Shown piece after piece: positions 38,298 to 48,486 of a stretch of 64,000 nucleotides of DNA. The position numbers were made by a program, and so were the translations under genes. Each line of letters begins with the position of its first letter. Position 1 is the first letter of the stretch. The DNA comes from Bacteriovoracia bacterium (lineage in GTDB: Bacteria > Bdellovibrionota > Bacteriovoracia > Bacteriovoracales > Bacteriovoracaceae), in NCBI GenBank assembly GCA_046570105.1, contig JBKHVI010000002.1, forward strand, positions 10,638 through 74,637, in the 5' to 3' direction. The notes below the pieces were generated by a model. It had not been told where the DNA came from. It was given only the letters and a program-made list of their open reading frames with translations, and made no database searches.

Positions 38298-39859
38298 AAA
38301 ACTCTAGGCCTTAGCATTGAATTAACTTCACCTCGAGAAAAATCAACCTTCTTAAGAATAGGCACTAGATTTAACTTCGTTTGAAGACTGATGTTTTGCA
38401 ATTTAGCATAATCAAATTCCAGTTGAGACTTATCTGCTGCATAGGCGACAAATGAGGCATGAGGCCCAAAAACAAGCGGGTTTTTGAAATCAACAGAATC
38501 CAACGTTTTTAGAATTGTCTGTCCCTCAATTGCCATACCCCCTTTCTCATCTTGCAATATCGGCAGATCGAGCATCAATAGGCCATCGCTCTTAAGGGCA
38601 CGTTTTGCTAGTGCATAAAACTCATGGGAATACAGCTTGGCAAGATCAACCGAATTAGGAAAAGGAAAATCAATCAAGACTAAATCAAATTCTTGATGGT
38701 TGTTTTTTAAAAAATGGATGGCATCATCAACAATAATTTCCACGCGTGGGTCATGGCTCGAAAGTACCCCCTGGTTAAGACTTTTCATGATGGGATGAGT
38801 GGCCGACCACTCGATCATTTTCCCATCCAACTCTACCATGGTTATTTTCTCAAAAGCTCGCGACTTCCACTCTTTCAACAAAAGACCATCCCCCGCCCCA
38901 AGGATAAGAATTGATTTGATCTCATTTTTAAAATTCAACGCTGCTTCCACCATCGTTTGGTGGTAGACATCGACAGTGGTGAGATCAAATTGCGGCTTAC
39001 GATTCAAATAAACAGTCGCATTTCCAGGGAGTGAGAGCTGTAAATCAGGTGGTTCAATCAAAAGATCAATCGTTTGATAAGGAGTTCTGACTCTTTCTAG
39101 AACCGCGTGCTGATCTAAAAAGCGCATTAAATTTTGCCAAGAATCCCAAGAAGTAAGTCGAGCTCTCGTCGACAGGTAGCTACTTCTAATGAGCAGCCCT
39201 TCAATTCGTGACTGAGAATAATTGAGTAGAATCAAAGGAAAAATAACCAGCAGCGATAGATAGAACTGACCGCGTTTTTTTAAAACTAAGTTAAGCGCCA
39301 TCAGTCCTAGTAATTGCAATAAAACGACAAGACTTACTTGATGCCACAAAGGCCAACTCATTACTTCACCAAGCAGTAACAGACTTAAGGCCATCAGTGG
39401 GCCTAGGTAATTGATCATGACTAAGACTTCCTCATTAATCTTATGAGGAAGCTTGAGAATAAGAGGAAATTGCGAGCCGCCCAACGCTCCCATCAAAAGC
39501 GCTAACACAGAAGTTAATACCAACATAAATCGCAAGGACACAAGATTGTCGAGAACCACTTCAAAAGGCATTGCATGAGAAAAGAGAAAGACACTACTTA
39601 AAAAAATGAGGGGCATTGTTGCGATGAGAAGAAGACTTAAAAATTCTAGGCCCCATAACCATTTCAAGCGACTGCTTTCATGAACCCGATCGGCCCAGCT
39701 GCTCCCAATTCCAAGCCCTAAGAGATAAGGCCCCATGGTAAAACTTTGCGAATAAATATCTTCGCCGGTGTATTCTGTGGCAAGGCCCGCAAGGATCATC
39801 GCTGCGGCCATGGTAGCAAATGAATTGGTGAGAGTAATAAAAGAATAGAGAGCTCTCAC
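38294..39859 (-). CDS. Membrane-fused spermidine synthase-like (SAM/dcSAM-dependent) transferase
   Basis: About 7 N-terminal TMs, RTPYQTI, LILGAGDG, VELD, DDAIHFL, LYSHEFY. Confidence 0.8.
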   Translation of the reverse strand: MRALYSFITLTNSFATMAAAMILAGLATEYTGEDIYSQSFTMGPYLLGLGIGSSWADRVHESSRLKWLWGLEFLSLLLIATMPLIFLSSVFLFSHAMPFEVVLDNLVSLRFMLVLTSVLALLMGALGGSQFPLILKLPHKINEEVLVMINYLGPLMALSLLLLGEVMSWPLWHQVSLVVLLQLLGLMALNLVLKKRGQFYLSLLVIFPLILLNYSQSRIEGLLIRSSYLSTRARLTSWDSWQNLMRFLDQHAVLERVRTPYQTIDLLIEPPDLQLSLPGNATVYLNRKPQFDLTTVDVYHQTMVEAALNFKNEIKSILILGAGDGLLLKEWKSRAFEKITMVELDGKMIEWSATHPIMKSLNQGVLSSHDPRVEIIVDDAIHFLKNNHQEFDLVLIDFPFPNSVDLAKLYSHEFYALAKRALKSDGLLMLDLPILQDEKGGMAIEGQTILKTLDSVDFKNPLVFGPHASFVAYAADKSQLEFDYAKLQNISLQTKLNLVPILKKVDFSRGEVNSMLRPRVL

Positions 39860-40509
39860 TTCGCCCCCAGATATAACGTCACCAAAAAGCTCTGGAGTCT
39901 GTCTTGTTGCTGATAACTCAACATCACCAGGATTCCTACGGCTGCCGAAAGCGCCAACCGAATTTTAGCATTTGAAGGCATGATGACTGTCAATGTCGCT
40001 AAATTAAGTGTCGCAACCAATACTGTACTTGCGCCTACTCCTAGCTCTGGCAAAAGATAATAAGGAAACAGTAGTGCCGCGGCTAACATTCCTAAATAAT
40101 CAAACGCCAAAATTTTGCCATGCTTTTGTGGAAGAAGGGAGAACAAGCAAAGCAGCTCAAAACCAGAAGCAAAACCAATTAAAAACACCAAAACATAACT
40201 GATACCCGCGGCCAAGGCAGTGGAGAGAGAGGCGAAAAGTCCGGTGATAACAAATGGCCCTAATCCACCTAAGAGCGTGAGAGCAACCTCGACACAAACA
40301 AAAATTTTTTCAACTGAATACTGTCTTTTTAAGCGCCCAAAGCTTAATGAACCAAATCCAAGTGCGGTGGTAAAAAGAGCAAAAATGATAAAATATTGCT
40401 GTTTTGTTCCACCTAAATTGACGGAGAGAATCTGTCCTAAGGCCAGTTCGTAATAAAAACTACAGAACGCCAGAACGAGACTAAGGGCATAGACCAAACC
40501 ACCTCTCAC
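39856..40509 (-). CDS. Stand-alone membrane domain homologous to the N-terminus of long-form SpeE
   Basis: FCSFYYELALGQ, IGFASGFEL, LAFDYLG motifs. No catalytic domain. Confidence 0.7.
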   Translation of the reverse strand: MRGGLVYALSLVLAFCSFYYELALGQILSVNLGGTKQQYFIIFALFTTALGFGSLSFGRLKRQYSVEKIFVCVEVALTLLGGLGPFVITGLFASLSTALAAGISYVLVFLIGFASGFELLCLFSLLPQKHGKILAFDYLGMLAAALLFPYYLLPELGVGASTVLVATLNLATLTVIMPSNAKIRLALSAAVGILVMLSYQQQDRLQSFLVTLYLGAK

Positions 40510-41246
40510 TAGGGCACCGTTTTAGTTTTATTCATCAAATCATCTAAAGCGCCTTCATTTTGATGAAACACAGCTGCAGGGGCACTCATCAGAAAGAGAT
40601 ATGAACCTTTTTTATCTTTACGTTCGACATAGGCGGCATAAAGCTCCGAGGTCCCCACTTGTCCGGCCGGGATGATAGTGAATGTTCCAAGTCCTGAATC
40701 ACTGGGTGCATCGATTTTTTTTATGTCACTTTCATTGATAGTTAAGGTGCGATTGCCTAACATCGGAATTGAATCTTTTAATTCGTTGAGATAACCCACA
40801 ACTTCGTTTGTCGTTGCAGTTTTATTGGCCGCGATGATGGCAAATTGTTTTTGCTCTAAGCTCGAGACTCCATACACCCCTGTAGCAAAATCATCTAAAT
40901 CCATTTTTTCAAAATGCATATTATCCGGCAACTTCATCTGTAGCTTAATTTGCTTAAGAAACTCACCTTGTAAGGTTTTTTGCTCCTCGGCGACTTGCTG
41001 CTTAATTTCTTCATTGGAAACAGTCTTCTCGGCTTCGACATCATCTGAAATTTCTTCTGATGCACTATATTTCGATTCTTGTGGATTTTCTTTCGCTACT
41101 GGGTCTGGTTTTCGGTCACGTTTTTGACGGATTTTTACCGACGTTGTCATTTCAGGTAACGAGTCGACATCCCGCGCCTGGTAGAAGATGACCCCAATGA
41201 CAAGTGCCAATAAAATGAGTCCATATTTATATTTCTCTAAGCTCAT
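40509..41246 (-). CDS. Membrane-anchored hypothetical protein
   Basis: Single N-terminal TM after ATG 41246. First gene of the coupled minus-strand run. Confidence 0.6.
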   Translation of the reverse strand: MSLEKYKYGLILLALVIGVIFYQARDVDSLPEMTTSVKIRQKRDRKPDPVAKENPQESKYSASEEISDDVEAEKTVSNEEIKQQVAEEQKTLQGEFLKQIKLQMKLPDNMHFEKMDLDDFATGVYGVSSLEQKQFAIIAANKTATTNEVVGYLNELKDSIPMLGNRTLTINESDIKKIDAPSDSGLGTFTIIPAGQVGTSELYAAYVERKDKKGSYLFLMSAPAAVFHQNEGALDDLMNKTKTVP

Positions 41247-41321
41247 AGACGCCTCAATCTTTTGTCTTTTGCTATAGTGCTTATTTAGTTTAAGATGAAT
41301 AAAACAGATGGGAAACGTTAA

Positions 41322-42152
41322 ATGATAGCAAACAAGCTCTCTCACAAAACGGCCGGTTTTAGCTTAATGGAAGTCATGGTTTCAGTCGCACTGGTAGGTG
41401 GATTGGCCTTAGGCTTAGTTAAGTTTATGGGTAATATGAGTGATGTTCAGCAACGCTCATCGAATGCCATTACCCGGGATCAATTTGCCAACAACATGGG
41501 GCAATATATCTACACCCCCATGGGCTGTGAGGATCTCAAAGGTCAGCGCTTTAATTCATCAGACAAGGCCATCAACCTCACTCGCTGGAAGGTTTTCGGC
41601 CTGGCCAGTATTGCAACTGGTACAAAACTTAAAGGCTTCGATATCGCCAAGCTCGAGGGCGAACAGGACTTAAGTCCTACGCTTCCAAGAGTGACAATTG
41701 GTGGGCAGACACTTATCAAAACAATTTTAAAAGTAAATTTACTACTCTCCACAGAGGGTAAAACAAAAAAATTCTTCTTCAATATACCAGTCCTCTCTGA
41801 TACCGGAGGAACTGTGCGATTCTGTAATGCCGATCAAAGCTTGCGAGAGACATGTGTGCTGATGAAAGGAACATACAATGAGGCCACCGGTGCCTGCGAT
41901 GTTGACAAGACCTGTCAGTTTAAAGGCACCTATATTACTCTGAGCTGCTCACCATCAAATTATGGCTGCAGTATGAGTGAGGGCGCGGCCAAGCCCAATG
42001 AATACACCACGGGATTTTCCTGTCCTGTGCCTTCGATCGCTCACAACACTTCCAACAAGTCTTGGAATCATTCCGCTTCCTGTGGCAAGAAATGTTCCGT
42101 GACCATTCAAAACACGATGAATTGGTACACCTGCTTGGTGTGCCCTCCTTGA
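41322..42152 (+). CDS. Type IV prepilin-like protein with Cys-rich C-terminus
   Basis: Class III signal G|FSLMEVMVSVAL with E5. Confidence 0.85.
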   Translation: MIANKLSHKTAGFSLMEVMVSVALVGGLALGLVKFMGNMSDVQQRSSNAITRDQFANNMGQYIYTPMGCEDLKGQRFNSSDKAINLTRWKVFGLASIATGTKLKGFDIAKLEGEQDLSPTLPRVTIGGQTLIKTILKVNLLLSTEGKTKKFFFNIPVLSDTGGTVRFCNADQSLRETCVLMKGTYNEATGACDVDKTCQFKGTYITLSCSPSNYGCSMSEGAAKPNEYTTGFSCPVPSIAHNTSNKSWNHSASCGKKCSVTIQNTMNWYTCLVCPP

Positions 42153-42154
42153 AT

Positions 42155-42910
42155 ATGAACTCGCAAAGAGGAAGCGTCATTCTCATGGTGCTCTTTGGCT
42201 TCACCGCCTTGATGGCAATGGCTTACTATCTGTTTCAAATAAATACGGATAATGAAAAAAACACCATCGCGACTCAAAGAGTTTATTCCTATAAGGCATT
42301 ACAAAAAGCAGTTCAAAATTATCTCGACGATCCTCAACTTTGCACTGCTGCACTCAATAACTTACAGGTAAATTCGGCATTCACGACTCCACTCTCAGTT
42401 CAATTCACTATGCCTTACATAGGTGGCAACGCCGAACTCAAAGCGGGTTGGCGATCTCCTAACGGCACTAAACTCAAAGACATAACCTTATCGATGGATG
42501 GGATCGTTCGAAATAAAGTTCGACGCGATGGAAATTTTCCACATCTCATGGCGGCTTCAGGCACTCTCACACTATGGGCCGACCATGCAGGCGTGAATAT
42601 GAAGCGCGCTGATCATGAGTCCTATAAAATTAAATTGATGTTTTATCTCTGGCCCTCTGGCAGCAATCTAGAAGTACGAGGGTGCTTTGGTGCCAATACA
42701 CCGGCAGCATTTTGTACTTCCGCAGGTGGGACTTATAATCTCTTCACCGGCACTTTGCTTGATCGTATGTGCGAGCCTGATCTCTACTGTTTTGCTTCAA
42801 AAATGGGAATTACCAACCAATCAGCACTCTGCCTTCCACCCTACAATGCTGTTCCAGTTGCACCAGGTCTATTTGTTTGCCAGTGGTGCAATAGCTCGCC
42901 TACGCCATAG
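42155..42910 (+). CDS. PilX/K-like minor pilin with Cys-rich C-terminus
   Basis: MNSQRG|SVILMVLFG, lacking E5. Starts 2 nt after the upstream pilin. Confidence 0.7.
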   Translation: MNSQRGSVILMVLFGFTALMAMAYYLFQINTDNEKNTIATQRVYSYKALQKAVQNYLDDPQLCTAALNNLQVNSAFTTPLSVQFTMPYIGGNAELKAGWRSPNGTKLKDITLSMDGIVRNKVRRDGNFPHLMAASGTLTLWADHAGVNMKRADHESYKIKLMFYLWPSGSNLEVRGCFGANTPAAFCTSAGGTYNLFTGTLLDRMCEPDLYCFASKMGITNQSALCLPPYNAVPVAPGLFVCQWCNSSPTP

Positions 42911-43831
42911 AAAGGCATCTAAAATATAATGCGATAACAGTGGCGTCAGATACGCACCAATCATAAGTGCAGCGAACATCTCGCTACCATGAGATATGTA
43001 TAGATCCATATTTTCTTCAAAGCTTGATTCCACGGTACCAAAAACAAGTGCTGTCATGAAAATCAAAATCGACGCTTTCTTTATCGTCATTCGACTCGAT
43101 CGTGTCATGTGCTGGGCCATTACCGCGAGATAAGCAACACCGTGAATAAGCAACAGAGGAAAAAGCACTTGCACCAAACTGCTACCCACTAAAAAACTAT
43201 ATCCGTAAGTGAGACAAATTAAAGCGAGATACAAAATACGATTCGGCTCCTTAATTCTTTTTCGCCAAAGGTAAATTTCATGAATAAATATAAAAATGAT
43301 AATGACGAGATAACTTATCAGGGCCCATTGAAAGTATTGGGGATTCGTGAACATCAACAAATCGGCGGTACTGTAATAACTCAAATTCAAATCACGAAAA
43401 TGAAAAGCAATAAAAGGAACTATCGCGAGCACATACACTTTAAGCGAACTCATCAGACTGTAGCGTTGATTCAAGCGCTCATACCAACGTGAGAATCCAT
43501 ACACTTGACGAATATGGTGAAAGACAGTCAGATAAACCACTCCACTCCATAATGCTTGTCTTAGTCCATAATAATAAGCTGAGCTGATAACAGCAAAGAC
43601 CGCCAACAAAATAACAGGATAGAGATAAGACGCTAACGCCTTGTCGCCCCAGCGCCAAAATGTTGTATAGACATGCCCTGAATCGATGAGTGCTGTTGCG
43701 ATAAAGGCATATAGTAATGAAGTCTCACTCCAACTTGGAGCAAGGATGACGATTATAATAGACATCAAAGAAGGGAAATAAAAAAAACTAAAATCTCTTT
43801 TGAGTGAACCTAAAATCCAAGCAGCAGGCAC
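42869..43831 (-). CDS. Integral membrane protein with four His motifs
   Basis: GHVYTT, FHHIRQVYG, IHGVAYL, SHYILDAFLW within about 8 TMs. Confidence 0.6.
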   Translation of the reverse strand: MPAAWILGSLKRDFSFFYFPSLMSIIIVILAPSWSETSLLYAFIATALIDSGHVYTTFWRWGDKALASYLYPVILLAVFAVISSAYYYGLRQALWSGVVYLTVFHHIRQVYGFSRWYERLNQRYSLMSSLKVYVLAIVPFIAFHFRDLNLSYYSTADLLMFTNPQYFQWALISYLVIIIFIFIHEIYLWRKRIKEPNRILYLALICLTYGYSFLVGSSLVQVLFPLLLIHGVAYLAVMAQHMTRSSRMTIKKASILIFMTALVFGTVESSFEENMDLYISHGSEMFAALMIGAYLTPLLSHYILDAFLWRRRAIAPLANK

Positions 43832-43832
43832 G

Positions 43833-44642
43833 CTATTGTGTCTTTTGTTTCAAAAATTTCAACCCACTCATCACTGCATCTTGGGCAAATAAAAAGGCGG
43901 TTGGATGACCCCATGTTTTCACTAAGTGCAATTCGTTATCCACATTGTGAGCGCGCAGAAGATTTTGCATGTGACTAGATTGGACGGCTTCTACTAAACG
44001 GTCGCTTTCAGCATGATACATGTACATCGCAGGTGCCCATGGCCCCACGTGCGTAGTAGGAGATGCCTCTTTATACTCTGCCAAACGTTGATCGCGATAA
44101 CCATCGAGCAGATGTGTGATAATGGGAGAGAACGGATACCATGACAAATCAAACGGAGCTCCACCCGCAACAATGGCCTTGAGCTGAGGAGAATTGAGCT
44201 TTTTCCCTTCTAAGAGTGCCCATTGAGTCACCATGTGGGCCCCGGCCGAATAACCCCAGCCCGCCAAATTATCGGGATCGACTTTAAACTTGTCACTTTG
44301 AGATTTGAAGTACTGCACGGCCGCTGCCACATCTTCAATTTGGGCAGGATAACGGTGCTTAGGAGCAAATCGATAGGAGATATTCATCACCACAAAGCCG
44401 TGACTCGCCAAGAGTTCACTGAGCTTTGTCATATCCTCGCGTGATCGCCCGCCCCAAGAACCACCATGAACCATTAAGACGCCGGGATAAATTTTATCAT
44501 CGGCCGGCCGAATGATATCGGCAGACAAAATTTCTTGGGCATGCTCAGCGTATTGAACTGTTGTTGAGGTATATGAATGGGGCCCCAGATTGGACCCCAT
44601 TCCTAGAATAAATAACCAATGAAGAATTCCAACTCCACTCAT
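43833..44642 (-). CDS. Alpha/beta hydrolase (esterase/lipase)
   Basis: HGGSW, GYSAGAH, D..V and terminal His. Confidence 0.88.
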   Translation of the reverse strand: MSGVGILHWLFILGMGSNLGPHSYTSTTVQYAEHAQEILSADIIRPADDKIYPGVLMVHGGSWGGRSREDMTKLSELLASHGFVVMNISYRFAPKHRYPAQIEDVAAAVQYFKSQSDKFKVDPDNLAGWGYSAGAHMVTQWALLEGKKLNSPQLKAIVAGGAPFDLSWYPFSPIITHLLDGYRDQRLAEYKEASPTTHVGPWAPAMYMYHAESDRLVEAVQSSHMQNLLRAHNVDNELHLVKTWGHPTAFLFAQDAVMSGLKFLKQKTQ

Positions 44643-47326
44643 GCGTTGAGTTTACGAAGCACGTAATGAAGGATTCCGGAATTCTTATAATACTCAAGTT
44701 CATTCGCAGTATCGATACGTGACTGGAATTGTGTTTTCACGACTTCCCCATTAGCACGTTTGATCTCTGCTTGAATTTGTGCTTTAGGACCCATATTCGA
44801 AATCCCTGTCAGCGTCACCGTTTCAGTACCATCAAGATTAAGGGCCTTGCGATTTTCACCATTGGTGAAAACCAAGGGGATAACACCCATACCAATCAAG
44901 TTTGAGCGATGAATACGTTCAAAACTCTCAGCAATAACTGCTTTGATGCCCAACAGACGAGTTCCTTTGGCGGCCCAGTCGCGGCTTGAACCAGTACCAT
45001 ATTCTTTACCCGCAAAGATCACGAGCGGAGTGCCCGTTTTTTTGTACTCTTGAGCCGCTTCATAAATCGTTGTCTCAGCTCCGGTAGTCACAAGCGTAGT
45101 GACGCCTCCTTCTTTGCCAGACTTCACCATTTCGTTTTTCAAACGAATATTTGCAAACGTTCCACGAGTCATCACTTCATCATGGCCACGACGAGCACCG
45201 TATTGGTTAAAGTCGGCCGGCTTCACTCCGCGCTCAACTAAGTATTTACCGGCCGGAGTTTCTGGCTTGAAAGATCCTGCCGGAGAAATGTGATCGGTCG
45301 TGATCGAATCACCTAACAGTCCCAATACTCTTGCACCAATGATGTCGGTAATTGGCGCTGGATTTTTTGTCATGCCCACGAAGTAAGGTGGATTATTAAT
45401 ATAAGTTGATTCTTTATCCCAAGCGAATGTTTCTCCTTCAGGAGCATTGATCTTCTGCCAATGCACATCGCCTTTAAAGACATCAGAGTAACGAGACTTA
45501 AACATGGCAGGAGTAATCGCCTTGCTCATCGCCTCTTGAACTTCGGCAGAAGTCGGCCAGATGTCTTTCAAGAATACATCTTTACCGTTTTTGTCTTTAC
45601 CGATGGGGTCTTTGGTCAAATTGAGTTTAGTGTTACCGGCAATCGCGTAGGCGACAACTAGCGGAGGTGATGCCAAATAGTTGGCCTTGGTATCAGGAGA
45701 TACACGGCCTTCAAAGTTTCTGTTTCCAGAAATCACTGATGAAGCACAGATGTTGCCATCTTTAATCGCCTTAGAGAACTGCGGCTTCAATGGACCTGAG
45801 TTACCGATACAGCTGGTACAGCCATAGCCCACCAAACTAAAGCCCACTTGATCAAGCTCACTCTGTAGGCCAGAAGCTTCTAAATAGTCTGTGACGACTT
45901 GTGAGCCCGGAGCAAGAGAAGTCTTAACCCATGGCTTGGCCTTTAAACCCAAAGCATTGGCCTTCTTTGCAACGAGACCCGCTCCAATCATGACTGATGG
46001 GTTTGAAGTATTGGTACAAGAAGTAATAGCAGCGATCATGACATCGCCATGAGTGATGGTGAATGACTCACCCTCAATGGTCTGTTTTTTATTAATCTCG
46101 TCAGCATTCACTTTGAAATCAGCGACAGCTGCTTTCATGAAACCATCAGCGATATCGGTCAGAGCAACGCGATCTTGTGGACGCTTAGGACCTGCTAGAC
46201 TTGGCACAACAGAAGAGAGATCAAGTTCGAGAGAGTCAGTAAAGATTGGATCTTTCGAATCGTTTCTCCAGAAGCCCTGTTCTTTTGCATAGGCTTCAAC
46301 TAACTGAACGCGGGCCTCATCACGGCCTGTAAAGCGCAAGAACTCGATGGTTTTTTCATCTACTGGGAAGAAACCGCAAGTGGCGCCATACTCAGGTGCC
46401 ATATTGGCAATAGTCGCTCGATCGGCCAATGTCAGATCTTTCAAACCCGGCCCGTAGAATTCTACAAACTTATCAACCACACCTTTTTTACGAAGCATGT
46501 TGGTGACAGTCAGAACAACATCCGTCGCCGTCACACCCTCTTTGGCTTTTCCTGTCAGCTTAAAACCTACCACCTCAGGAATGAGCATCGTGACCGCTTG
46601 GCCCAACATCGCCGCTTCAGCTTCGATACCACCGACACCCCAACCAAGAACAGAAAGTCCGTTCACCATGGTGGTGTGAGAGTCAGTTCCTACACAAGTA
46701 TCGCAGTAAGCGATCTCACGGCCGTCTTCTGTTTTTGTCCAAACAGTTTGAGCGATATATTCTAAGTTCACTTGGTGACAGATACCTGTACCAGGAGGCA
46801 CCACACGGAAATTTTTGAAACTCTTTTGGCCCCATTTCAAAAACTTATAGCGCTCGCCATTACGCTCATACTCGAGCGCTTTATTTTGTTCGAATGATTC
46901 CTTGGTGGCGTAATGATCCACAATAAGAGAGTGGTCGATGACCAGATCTACTGGGACAAGTGGATTAATCTTTTGTGGATTTCCGCCCACAATTTTCATG
47001 GCATCTCGCATGGCCGCCAAATCGACCACTGCTGGAACTCCCGTAAAGTCTTGCATCAAAACGCGAGCAGGATAGTAATTAATTTCGCGGGTCGATTTTT
47101 TGTCTTTGGTCCATTGGCCCATGGCCTTGATGTCATCAGCAAAAACCGTAAAGTCATCTTCATTGCGCAACAGATTTTCCATCAACACTTTGAGCGAGAA
47201 AGGAAGATTCTCCACATCACCGACACCGGCCGCTTGGGCCGCTTTAAGCGAGAAGTAATCATAGCTTTTTCCGCCAACAGTTAATGTCTTGCGGGTCTTA
47301 AACGTATCTTTACGAGTTTGTGACAA
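44639..47326 (-). CDS. acnA: Aconitate hydratase A
   Basis: QDFTGVP, DHS, GICHQVNLE, TSCTNTSN, GCTSCIGNSG, GSSRDWAAKG. Likely TTG start at 47326. Confidence 0.96.
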   Translation of the reverse strand: MSQTRKDTFKTRKTLTVGGKSYDYFSLKAAQAAGVGDVENLPFSLKVLMENLLRNEDDFTVFADDIKAMGQWTKDKKSTREINYYPARVLMQDFTGVPAVVDLAAMRDAMKIVGGNPQKINPLVPVDLVIDHSLIVDHYATKESFEQNKALEYERNGERYKFLKWGQKSFKNFRVVPPGTGICHQVNLEYIAQTVWTKTEDGREIAYCDTCVGTDSHTTMVNGLSVLGWGVGGIEAEAAMLGQAVTMLIPEVVGFKLTGKAKEGVTATDVVLTVTNMLRKKGVVDKFVEFYGPGLKDLTLADRATIANMAPEYGATCGFFPVDEKTIEFLRFTGRDEARVQLVEAYAKEQGFWRNDSKDPIFTDSLELDLSSVVPSLAGPKRPQDRVALTDIADGFMKAAVADFKVNADEINKKQTIEGESFTITHGDVMIAAITSCTNTSNPSVMIGAGLVAKKANALGLKAKPWVKTSLAPGSQVVTDYLEASGLQSELDQVGFSLVGYGCTSCIGNSGPLKPQFSKAIKDGNICASSVISGNRNFEGRVSPDTKANYLASPPLVVAYAIAGNTKLNLTKDPIGKDKNGKDVFLKDIWPTSAEVQEAMSKAITPAMFKSRYSDVFKGDVHWQKINAPEGETFAWDKESTYINNPPYFVGMTKNPAPITDIIGARVLGLLGDSITTDHISPAGSFKPETPAGKYLVERGVKPADFNQYGARRGHDEVMTRGTFANIRLKNEMVKSGKEGGVTTLVTTGAETTIYEAAQEYKKTGTPLVIFAGKEYGTGSSRDWAAKGTRLLGIKAVIAESFERIHRSNLIGMGVIPLVFTNGENRKALNLDGTETVTLTGISNMGPKAQIQAEIKRANGEVVKTQFQSRIDTANELEYYKNSGILHYVLRKLNA

Positions 47327-47420
47327 GAGTGGCCTCACTTGATAGATTTTCAGAGGAGATTCTATCACTTTCCCACTGAACTCTCAAAGAGATACTCATT
47401 ATGGCGAGATGCAGAAGAGA

Positions 47421-47972
47421 CTAGCGTACGTAGGCAAATTCGTATTTTGGAAAGAAGTTCTCTGGGGGGGTCCATAGCCCCGCAGCGGACTTCAACTCAG
47501 AGAGAAATTGGATCGTTCTACTGGACTTAAACAAGATTAACTCTCTCAGATCTATTTTAGTCACACTATCAAAAGTTATTTCGCCATTGGTCACATTGAC
47601 CCAACAAATAAAAATGGTCCCGACTCCCACTGAACCTAACATACCATCTGGATCATTCTTTACAGTCGCTAATAAGGTCGCGTACTCGTCTCTTTTATCG
47701 CTGGAAAACCGAGCGGCTAGCTCATTAAATTCGGAATTATTTTTGTCTTTTCGTAAAAGGATATAGCCCTTACTTCCGACAATAAAAATCCCTTCGCCGA
47801 TACCTGGGGCCCAAGGTAGGCCTCGGCAAGCGGCGGCCGTCTCGCGGGTGCCGCAAAGAGATGTTTGAGCAAAACCGTCCCTTACTGCTTGTGCATCGAA
47901 ATCCTCAAGTACTTCCCCACGAGCAGTTAAGCTTAGTGAAAAGACCAAAAGGGCAATGAAATTCATTCTCAT
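47421..47972 (-). CDS. Secreted hypothetical protein
   Basis: 183-aa ORF with a signal peptide. TATAAT 6 nt upstream. Confidence 0.55.
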   Translation of the reverse strand: MRMNFIALLVFSLSLTARGEVLEDFDAQAVRDGFAQTSLCGTRETAAACRGLPWAPGIGEGIFIVGSKGYILLRKDKNNSEFNELAARFSSDKRDEYATLLATVKNDPDGMLGSVGVGTIFICWVNVTNGEITFDSVTKIDLRELILFKSSRTIQFLSELKSAAGLWTPPENFFPKYEFAYVR

Positions 47973-48048
47973 AATCTCATTATATGTTTAGCACTCAATA
48001 AAGAAAAGATGATTCAATTTTCTTCTAATAATTTCCGATATTGGAGGA

Positions 48049-48486
48049 ATGGAAAAACAAACACAGCTAACACATGAAAAGCATCTTAACCATCTCGTCA
48101 GAGTAGTCCCCCTGCTCTGTCTTGCCTACGGTATGCAAAGCTATATGATGATGAGTTTTGCCAAAGGTGGCCCGACAGGAACTTTAGTTCTGCTACTAGG
48201 ACTCTCACTTGCTATGAGCGTGATGGCCTTGGTGACTTATGACAATCATTATGTCGTAAAGTGGCAGGAAGATTTGTTCTTTGTTAAGACACCCTGGTCT
48301 TGGAAAACTCAGCAGTTTAATCGTCAAGACATTCAGTCCATCGAGGTTATTGGTGAGGTTGATGAATTTCAAACTGTGATCGTAAAACTACAAAACAAAA
48401 AACGTCTCACATTTTATTTTGTCGATAATGGCCATGATTTCAAAAAATCAATGGAGTCCCAGCAGGAGCTCTCTCGTGCTGCTTAA
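48049..48486 (+). CDS. Two-TM protein with a possible C-terminal PH-like domain
   Basis: Two hydrophobic helices followed by a beta-rich domain. Confidence 0.55.
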   Translation: MEKQTQLTHEKHLNHLVRVVPLLCLAYGMQSYMMMSFAKGGPTGTLVLLLGLSLAMSVMALVTYDNHYVVKWQEDLFFVKTPWSWKTQQFNRQDIQSIEVIGEVDEFQTVIVKLQNKKRLTFYFVDNGHDFKKSMESQQELSRAA

